Shown here: piece by piece, positions 57,008 through 64,000 of the stretch
Layout of the letters: each line of letters starts with the position of its first letter
Numbering within the stretch: position 1 is the stretch's first letter
NCBI GenBank assembly: GCA_021648085.1
Contig: JAKITS010000001.1
Coordinates: 452,948-516,947 of the forward strand
DNA from: Candidatus Magasanikiibacteriota bacterium
Lineage (GTDB): Bacteria; Patescibacteriota; Patescibacteriia; Magasanikbacterales; UBA922
Length of the DNA stretch: 64,000 nt
Reading direction: 5' to 3'
Notes under the pieces: model-generated
Seen by the model: only the letters and a program-made list of their open reading frames with translations
Databases searched by the model: none
Told to the model about the DNA's origin: nothing
Translations under genes and position numbers: made by a program

Positions 57008-58150
57008 CTAAAACCACTTTAAAATACTATAGACAATACCACCAGAAAGAGTTAAAAGAAGTATTATAATTAAAAATAAGACATGATGCAACTTAAATCT
57101 ACCAGTTTTAAGATCTCCGAGTTGTTTTGCACGCCAATAAATCAACAAAACCAAAAGCATTTGTGAACTCAAAAATACACCTCCTATTACATCTATTGTC
57201 TGAATAAACCCCCTTATTCCAGCCAAAAATAATATAATTGGTAATACGGAGACAATAATGGAAGCTAGTAATTTAGGCATTTTAAAATCCCACATAAACG
57301 AATCTTTGAGAGCAAGACCGGTAAGCAAAAAACTATTTCCCATAGCAGTAACCGCAAAAACATTACCCAAAATCAACATTATTGGACCAACTTTATACCC
57401 CAAACCAATTGTTGCAATTTCTGTAGTGTCTGCACCAGTCACACCCACTACCACAAGAGTAAAAAGAGAGTAAATCAAGATATTTATTAATCCTGCTAAA
57501 ATTATAGATTTTTTAAAAATTCTTTTATCTCCTTTTATAATACTCTTTGCTTCTGGAATTGTAGCTAAACCACTATAAGCAAAAAGTAGCACACCGTAAG
57601 GCACAAATAAAAACTTCCAATTTACATATACTAAATTTTGAACTTCAAAATGAGAAAAATTTAAAAAAACTATTAAAACTACAATTAAAATTAAACCCAA
57701 ACTTGTAATAAGTTCAACTTTTTTAATAACGCCCATTCCAACAAAAATTAAAGCTGTTGCAAAAACAAAAAATAAAATACTCCAAATAAAAATACTACCA
57801 CCAAACAAAGTTGCAAGAGCTTGCCCTTCTCCTATTATATATACAACTAGCACCCCAAAAGCCATAGAATAAACCAACGACATCATTAAAAATTCACCAA
57901 ATCTTCCCAAATACTTTCGTGCCAAACCAACGAGTTGTAAATTAGTTTTCAACTTAGACAAAACCTCTCCAATTAAAAGATTTAACCCTGTCATAAGCAC
58001 ACCAAACACAACTATATAGACTAGACCAACCATAAGACCAACTTTTGCAACAACAAAAGGTATCCCCAAAACTCCAGCACCAACAGTACCACTAACTATC
58101 AAAGCCGTGGACTCATACAGGTTTAGTTGTTTTCTATTTTTATCTTTCAT
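57008..58150 (-). CDS. Aromatic amino acid permease family transporter
   Basis: GTVGAGVLGIP motif; ~11 TM. Confidence 0.85.
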   Translation of the reverse strand: MKDKNRKQLNLYESTALIVSGTVGAGVLGIPFVVAKVGLMVGLVYIVVFGVLMTGLNLLIGEVLSKLKTNLQLVGLARKYLGRFGEFLMMSLVYSMAFGVLVVYIIGEGQALATLFGGSIFIWSILFFVFATALIFVGMGVIKKVELITSLGLILIVVLIVFLNFSHFEVQNLVYVNWKFLFVPYGVLLFAYSGLATIPEAKSIIKGDKRIFKKSIILAGLINILIYSLFTLVVVGVTGADTTEIATIGLGYKVGPIMLILGNVFAVTAMGNSFLLTGLALKDSFMWDFKMPKLLASIIVSVLPIILFLAGIRGFIQTIDVIGGVFLSSQMLLVLLIYWRAKQLGDLKTGRFKLHHVLFLIIILLLTLSGGIVYSILKWF

Positions 58151-58213
58151 ATTTACTCTTAAATTATAACACAAAAAAAACAAACGCAACCTACGCTTGT
58201 TTTTTGTTTTTAC

Positions 58214-58729
58214 CTATCTACTCAGCTCTACCTCTGCGCTAAGCTCGTGCTCACAAGCACGAATAGTCACAAGATCTGCAGATGATTTTTCCAGAGTATA
58301 ACCTGTAATAGATGCAGACCAAGCACCGTCTCCATTTGGACTAATAGGGATTGAGCCCAAGTATCCCTGTGTCACCATATCTGAAATATCCACACAGACA
58401 GACTGTGTTGGATCTGTAGTACAAAAACTTGTCACATTTGAAGCTGTAGCCCCAGTCACACAAGTTCCGATAAGATAAACCTGCCCAACAGTTGTGTTTG
58501 TAATTGTAGTAAGGTATGTACCGCCGTTGTCAATTTGATCCACCTTAACAGCCTGAAGAATGTTATTTACATCTGAAAATCTTCTTGCATCTCTTGCATC
58601 TTTAAAACGCTTTGCAGGATTTAGAGCTACAAAAATTAAAAGAGCCAGAATTGCAATAATTGCAATAACTAAAAGTAATTCGATTAAAGTAAAACCTTTT
58701 CTTTTTTCTAAGTACTCTTTAATTTTCAT
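58214..58729 (-). CDS. Type IV pilin-like protein
   Basis: KGFTLIELLLVIAIIAIL class III signal; likely start at ATG 58729. Confidence 0.92.
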   Translation of the reverse strand: MKIKEYLEKRKGFTLIELLLVIAIIAILALLIFVALNPAKRFKDARDARRFSDVNNILQAVKVDQIDNGGTYLTTITNTTVGQVYLIGTCVTGATASNVTSFCTTDPTQSVCVDISDMVTQGYLGSIPISPNGDGAWSASITGYTLEKSSADLVTIRACEHELSAEVELSR

Positions 58730-58849
58730 AAAAAAATAACGAAATAATAATACATACATTATACCACAAAATAAAAAATATTTAAATTTATAAGACAAAA
58801 CAAAAAACAAGCCTTATGCTTGTTTTTTGTTTTTGAAGTTTTTTGAAAA

Positions 58850-59365
58850 CTAACGAGTTAAAGTAATCTCTGTTGTGTTCTCATCTTCACAAGCTCTAAT
58901 AGTTACAGACCCATTTGCAGCTTTTGCAATAGTGTATCCTGTGTTTGCAGCTGACCATGTTGCGGTACCATCAGGACTTATAGGAATAGATCCTAAATAA
59001 CCATCTGTCACAAGTCCGGTTAAGTCTGCACAAGCATCTTGAGTTGGTTCTGTTGTACAAAGATAATTTGTTACTGTGGTTGTTGCTCCAGTAGTACAAG
59101 TACCGACCATATAAACCTCGGAAGCTGTCGCACTAGTAATACTAGCTAGGTACGGACCTTTATTATCCACCTGGTCAACCTTAATTGCGGTCAAAATATT
59201 ATTTACATCCGAGAACCTTCTTGAATCACGAGCGTCTGCAAACCTAGTTGCAGGATCTAACGCTACAAAAATTAAAAGAGCCAAAATCGCAATAATTGCG
59301 ATTACCAAAAGCAATTCGATTAAAGTGAAACCTTTTGCTTTTGCCAAAGTTTTTTTCATTTGCAT
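58850..59365 (-). CDS. Type IV pilin-like protein (tandem paralog)
   Basis: KGFTLIELL; shares RRFSDVNNIL, GYLGSIPISP, TIRACE and four Cys with its neighbour. Confidence 0.92.
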   Translation of the reverse strand: MQMKKTLAKAKGFTLIELLLVIAIIAILALLIFVALDPATRFADARDSRRFSDVNNILTAIKVDQVDNKGPYLASITSATASEVYMVGTCTTGATTTVTNYLCTTEPTQDACADLTGLVTDGYLGSIPISPDGTATWSAANTGYTIAKAANGSVTIRACEDENTTEITLTR

Positions 59366-59613
59366 ATGCTATGAATTATATAAATAATAATTAATAAATA
59401 ATCTTACGAATTTAATTATACCATATTTATTAATTTTTTTTATATTAGACTTGTGTATAACTTACAAATTCTCCTCGTATAGATGCATTTCTAGACTATT
59501 AAAATAAACTGATTTTTTAGTATGTTTTTATATTATAATTGTGCATTTCATAAACATAGATAATACATATAATTTATAAAATTTTATTTATAAGTTCTAT
59601 TCAAGAAACTATC

Positions 59614-59825
59614 AAAAAAATATCCTGTTGGATATTTTTGTACACTCCAAAAGAATCTCACTACTCACCTCTTCGGGTTGCGCTCCTAAGAACCTTCAGG
59701 TTCTTAGGAAAACCTCCTCTACAAGTAGGGGAAAGTTTTCCCCTACCACCCCTTAGTTCGAATCCCTTGGCGTCAAAAAAATACCATTTCAGGTATTTTG
59801 TTTGTACACGCCAAGGGATTCGAAC
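59614..59825. repeat. tRNA-3'-end-like palindromic element
   Basis: GTTCGAATCCCTTGGCGT (59756-59773) inverted at 59808-59825; internal hairpins TCCTAAGAACC/GGTTCTTAGGA and GTAGGGGAAA/TTTCCCCTAC; degenerate GTACACTCCAA copy at 59640. Confidence 0.6.
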
Positions 59826-59843
59826 CCGAATATGCAGGTTTTG
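59815..59843 (-). other. tRNA-Cys-like 3' fragment, putative att site
   Basis: Minus strand CAAA-ACCTG-CATAT-TCGGG-TTCGAAT-CCC equals the 3' part of an anticodon loop, the 3' stem, variable loop and T arm; the 5' half is absent. Confidence 0.55.
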
Positions 59844-60038
59844 AAATGTCACTTAACCTAGCAAAATTGCTAAAATAAGCGAAATTTACGACTTCGCTAA
59901 AATCTCAATTTTCGCTGAAAAACGACAAAAACTGAATTTTTGGGCAGATTTTGGGCAGATTGATCTCAAAACAAAACACCACTCTATTTTGAAGTGGTGT
60001 TTTGTTTTTGTTTGAATATCGAGATAGCTTCCGAGCTT

Positions 60039-60578
60039 TTATTTTGTGATTTGTTTAAAACTTTCAAGCATTGTTTTTGCAAATTCTTTTGGATTTTCTA
60101 CTTCTCTACTAATATTAAACTCAAAATATTCATTTGTGTTTTCTGGAGTAAAGATTAGAATTGTACCTAAACCATGTGTAATTACTGAAGCGTTCCATGC
60201 AAGATCTTCTTTTTCTTCTACAAGAACAGGATCTCCTTTGTGGTAATCTTCAAACTTTTCAAACACACCAGCGTTATAAGAATCTACATGGAAAATAAAC
60301 ACACCTCTTTTATCATCTTTTTCAAAGTAAATACTATCTCCGACAGGTCCACCCTCAGAATATAACTTCACGTCATTTCTTTCTTCTTTAAATTCAAAAT
60401 TCTTAGGAATGTTTACAGTAAACCCAATTTTGTTATTTGTGTATTCACCATTATCAACTACCACGTCATTTGGCACTTCATCCATTTGTTGGTTATCCAA
60501 AGAATTGAAGTATAGAAAACCTCCAACAGCAGTTACAGCCACAATAAATGCAATAATAATTTTTATTTTTTTATTCAT
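60039..60578 (-). CDS. Membrane-anchored extracellular protein (PsbP-like motif)
   Basis: N-terminal TM; YTNNKIGFTVNIPKNF; C-terminal MLESFK. Confidence 0.65.
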   Translation of the reverse strand: MNKKIKIIIAFIVAVTAVGGFLYFNSLDNQQMDEVPNDVVVDNGEYTNNKIGFTVNIPKNFEFKEERNDVKLYSEGGPVGDSIYFEKDDKRGVFIFHVDSYNAGVFEKFEDYHKGDPVLVEEKEDLAWNASVITHGLGTILIFTPENTNEYFEFNISREVENPKEFAKTMLESFKQITK

Positions 60579-60669
60579 AATTTTTTATTAGTTTCATAAT
60601 TTGTTAAAAGATACACTAAAGCATAAAAAAAGTCAACAAAAAACCCGCCTTTTTAAGACCGGTTACAGT

Positions 60670-61583
60670 TTAGTAAGGTACATTTATGGGTACATAATCT
60701 AAATATTCCCAATCATCATCGTCATCATCTATAGTATCAACGTAAACATCTGCTTGGTATGTTCCTGCTTGACTTAGATGTAAAGAATGCCATGTATACC
60801 CATGCTCCCAAACATAAGGGCTGACGGAATTCCATCCAGAAGTTTGGGTCGCATATACTTCGTCATTACGGTAAAAAATTGTCTTAAATCTATGTTCTTC
60901 TCGGATATTATGAATACCTGATAAAACATAAACTGTTTGACCTGTATAATAAGTATATGTTTCTGTTGTACAAGAGTAAACCCAGTTTGTTGATGAGCTT
61001 CCAGTTATACCTCTACAGGCTTTGGTACTCCAATCACTTTCCAACTGCCTATATTCATTAAAAACATATTCGTTTTCAGTTGTGGAGCCTAGTCTATACA
61101 CGTGAAGGTATAAAGTTGAATAAGTGTCCATCCAAGAATCTATATCCCAGTCATGCACACCAACCGTATTGCTAGAAACAAAATTAGCATCTACTACTCT
61201 GATAACGCCACTACCAAGGTCTTCCAAAAAAAAATGGCTGTGTGCATGCCTGTTACAAAAGTCGTGTTATTATATGCACTACAAGATTCATAACCTGAAG
61301 ATGTATTAATTTGAATCACATCGCCTAGTTGGGCGTTTGTAATTCCACCAGACACTTCAGAACCAAGATCAAGATAAGCTTGGCAATATCCTGTACCAAG
61401 AGTAGCACCTAATTCTTGGTTGATTACTTGTTGAACAAACCCCTTACACTCAAAAGGGTAAACATTTTCAGTGTCATAGCTAAGAGCAGTGCCAGCTAAT
61501 TCATCATTGGTAAAAGCATATACACTTGAAACACAAAAAAACATAACACAAAATAAAATAAAGATTTGTGCGTACTTTCTCAT
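60670..61583 (-). pseudogene. Secreted CHAP-like cysteine hydrolase split by a frameshift at a T9 tract
   Basis: ORF 61194..61583 has a signal peptide, ECKGFV and HTAI; ORF 60670..61227 continues with LEDLG..RVVDANF; A9 at 61226-61234; promoter TTGACA-17-TAAACT and GAGGAG SD. Confidence 0.65.
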
Positions 61584-61746
61584 TTTCTCTCTCCTCTGCT
61601 CGGTTTTGGGTTGTTGTGAAGGAACATTTTTTCCGAGCGTTGGCAGCAGTTTAAACTATTTTTTATTAGTTGTCAAGTCTTTTTTAACAAATAGTATTTT
61701 TTTGTTTTTAATTTATAAGAATTCTATTTGAATTATTTAATACATT

Positions 61747-62337
61747 TTATTTTAAAGGCAATTCAATTGTACGTAAACTTAAATTTTTATCATTACACTC
61801 TGTGCCTAATTTCAAACTGTCTGGATTTTTTACACATTCACTTTCTAAGAAAACTGCCTTTGTTCCATCATTTGAGATTATGATAAGTTTACCTCTGGTT
61901 GGCAATTCTTCTGTCTTTCTAGTGTTAAAATCTAAATGATAATTGAAAAATGGCCCATTATTTAATTTGGAATCTTTTGGCCATTGCCAAGCAGATCCAA
62001 TTAAAGTATTTTCAGTTAAAGATGTAAGAATAGGATCAATATGCCTAGTATAAAACCCTAGAGAATCTTTTATTTCATTATTTTTCATAATTCTAGTCCA
62101 ACCTACATCTCCTTCCTTACCAAACCCTATATGATCAAAGGTAAATATGTTTTTATTATCATCTAACGTTGAGGTACACGGCACATTTTTACTATTCATC
62201 CAGTCCAACAAGCGATTTAATTGACGATTTGTTTCAATAAATTTACGCTGAATAAAATAATTGTATGAAAGGGCTATAAAAAATACTAATATTATTGCTG
62301 ATATAACTACTACTTTTTGTTTTTTGTTGTTTAACAT
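61747..62337 (-). CDS. Membrane-anchored hypothetical protein
   Basis: 196 aa with an N-terminal TM. Confidence 0.6.
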   Translation of the reverse strand: MLNNKKQKVVVISAIILVFFIALSYNYFIQRKFIETNRQLNRLLDWMNSKNVPCTSTLDDNKNIFTFDHIGFGKEGDVGWTRIMKNNEIKDSLGFYTRHIDPILTSLTENTLIGSAWQWPKDSKLNNGPFFNYHLDFNTRKTEELPTRGKLIIISNDGTKAVFLESECVKNPDSLKLGTECNDKNLSLRTIELPLK

Positions 62338-62338
62338 A

Positions 62339-62833
62339 TTAAAATAATTTTTTATTTAATTTTGTAATAGAAGAAATTTTTTCAATTAAAGTATTATGTA
62401 TTATTACAGGAATTTCTTTTTCACCTAAATGAAAAGCTACTATTGTTCTATGGCGTCCATCATTAAAAGAAATATTAGGTAAATTATTTATGAAAATTTC
62501 TGGTGGATCAATAAATCCCCCATCACCCCAATGTTCTAACAATTTTGCGATTCTAAAATCACGTTCGTCGATACCATTAAATAATATATCGGGTTTTAAC
62601 TTTGTATGACCCATTTCTCCAAAATCTGCTTTATTGATTAATTCTTTTGTATTTACAAGATATATAGAATAATCTTTTAAACCAATAAGCTTGTAATACT
62701 TAGATAAATATTTTTTATTAGTCCCATAAGCCCACTTAACAATGATTTTATTAATTTCAAATAAACTTTTATTTTTATATGAATCAATATAATTTATGAT
62801 TTCTTTTGACAACTTCACTTTTGTGTTTTGCAT
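62339..62833 (-). CDS. ParB/Srx-like nuclease domain protein
   Basis: PPEI...FNDGRHRT.......IPV motif. Confidence 0.6.
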   Translation of the reverse strand: MQNTKVKLSKEIINYIDSYKNKSLFEINKIIVKWAYGTNKKYLSKYYKLIGLKDYSIYLVNTKELINKADFGEMGHTKLKPDILFNGIDERDFRIAKLLEHWGDGGFIDPPEIFINNLPNISFNDGRHRTIVAFHLGEKEIPVIIHNTLIEKISSITKLNKKLF

Positions 62834-62870
62834 ACAAAAATAACAATAAAATCTTTTTGACTAATTTTAG

Positions 62871-63905
62871 TTAAATTTTTTCATAATTGGAAAAATAATT
62901 TAATAAATTATTTTCTTCATCTTCTTTAATTAATTTTATACAAATTAAATTTTTAACGGCTCTTGAACAGGCAACATAAAACAATTTCTGATTTTTAAGT
63001 TTTTTCTCTAATTCTTCATCGCTAAAAATAATTTGAAAATCATATTGATTCCAAAAAAATTCGTCTAAGACAATCATTACATTTTCAATTTCTCCACCTT
63101 TTGTTTTATGCATGGTTATATATTCAGATTTGATATTTTCATCTATATATTCTTGATAATTAATAATTTCTTTAAAAGACACCTTTTTATTTTTAAATAA
63201 ATCAAAATAAAATAGTTCCTTGTTATATTTTCGCAAAAATTCATTAAATAATTCTTTATCAACTTTCATTTGTTTTGCTGTTGTGTTACCGCTTTTATAA
63301 GAAGTTTTACGATCATGATAATCTTTATCTATACTTAATTCTCTTAAAAATTCATCTTTATTCTCAATGTAATAATTATAAGAACTAGTTTTTTTTACAA
63401 ACTTATTTTCAAAAGCTTTTCCAACTGCTTTTATACAATCTATTTCACCTATAATCAATTCATTAAAAAAATTGGACACTGTTTCTTGATCTTCGATTTT
63501 TATTAACTTGAATCCTGACTTATTTATTGTTGTTAATACTTTATTATAATTTCTATTTTTAAAATCAATACATAATTTAGCTAAGTCATTAATGCCTAGT
63601 CTATCAAAATCTTTTTTTATAAGTTCATTAATTTCCCAGGTTCTTAAGCTATACAAATTATATAAATTACTAAAACCTAATTCATTCGCAATAGATTTAT
63701 TAGTAAGCATTAATTTTGTATATTTCTGCTCTTCTCTATCTTCGGCTTTTTTTATTAGTTCAGATAACTTTAATAAATATTGATCTTTTTCTTCCTGAGG
63801 ACTAAAAACGTTAGGTTTATTTTTACTATAAATTGAATAATATAATTTAACAATTCCTTTTCTATCATCTACAGTCTGTCCATCTTTTAACGCAACTTTT
63901 TGTTT
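62871..63905 (-). pseudogene. 5'-truncated UvrD/SF1 helicase (GajB-like C-terminal half)
   Basis: TMHKTKGGE.ENV and LFYVACSRA motifs; the frame is open back to 63905, where a TAA precedes it; no Walker A/B. Confidence 0.7.
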
Positions 63906-63952
63906 TTATTTATGCTAGTCATGAAAGTCGCTGTATTCTTTAGATTTTAAAT

Positions 63953-64000
63953 ATGATTACCATAATTACAGGAAAACCTGGAGCTGGAAAAACCTTGTTC
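63953..64000 (+). CDS. P-loop NTPase N-terminus, Zot/inovirus pI-like (partial)
   Basis: Manual translation MITIITGKPGAGKTLF: Walker A at the extreme N-terminus. Confidence 0.5.
   Translation, partial: MITIITGKPGAGKTLF

Larger units (their letters stand above)
59844..64000. mobile_element. Putative integrated genomic island, continuing beyond the window
   Basis: att-like tRNA fragment; tandem TTTGGGCAGAT arm-type repeats at ~59939-59960; switch to accessory and broken genes. No integrase in the window. Confidence 0.55.

Noticed and set aside
4275-57473. Numerous short antisense or overlapping ORFs in the track (e.g. 4519-5043, 8077-8484, 13029-13511, 43430-43750)
   Set aside because: They are shadows of well-supported genes on the other strand or frame, with no motifs or start signals.
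12313-59460. Replication origin from DnaA-box-like 9-mers (12313, 21306, 59452)
   Set aside because: Boxes are isolated rather than clustered; no dnaA or dnaN nearby.
59756-59850. Complete tRNA gene
   Set aside because: Only the T arm and 3' parts are present; no D arm or pairing acceptor stem.
59638-59852. ORFs 59638-59844 and 59661-59852
   Set aside because: Translations of the palindromic, tRNA-like element.
1-64000. Alternative genetic code (TGA=Gly)
   Set aside because: Long core genes are intact in code 11, and TGA ends genes at expected positions (e.g. 3047, 17982, 46030).

Overview
AT-rich chromosomal segment that looks like a Patescibacteria (CPR) genome. This is an inference from the short HrcA and UvrC, the membrane-anchored ClpA/C, tandem pilins and a CPR-type C-terminal repeat in a giant surface protein. 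TGA is used as stop, so the code is standard. The backbone is housekeeping: partial CDP-alcohol phosphatidyltransferase, dnaB-ybaB-recR, rplU, mraY/wecA-like, mraZ-rsmH-ftsL, uvrABC, corA-murJ, lepA, recJ-rnhA, hrcA-grpE-hsp20-dnaK-dnaJ (variant CIRCE), SPFH-yidC-cca-gpsA-uppP and two type IV pilins. Main observations: (1) About eleven dispersed orphan units each carry a near-consensus sigma70 promoter, a strong Shine-Dalgarno and a terminator, while the core genes inspected have AU-rich, SD-less or near-leaderless starts. (2) A 5.5 kb unit encoding a 1793-aa surface protein occurs twice as a near-identical direct repeat 40 kb apart, with both ends at terminator hairpins. (3) REP/REPIN-like clusters surround the uvr genes, one showing a precise 16-bp mini-palindrome insertion with both filled and empty sites visible. 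(4) There are several long rod-like hairpins and a pseudoknotted sRNA candidate. (5) From ~59.8 kb there is an integrated island with a tRNA-Cys-like att fragment, arm-type repeats, a homopolymer-frameshifted CHAP-like gene, a ParB-like gene, a 5'-truncated UvrD/GajB-like helicase and the start of a Zot/pI-like ATPase at the window edge. All calls are by eye; no searches were run.
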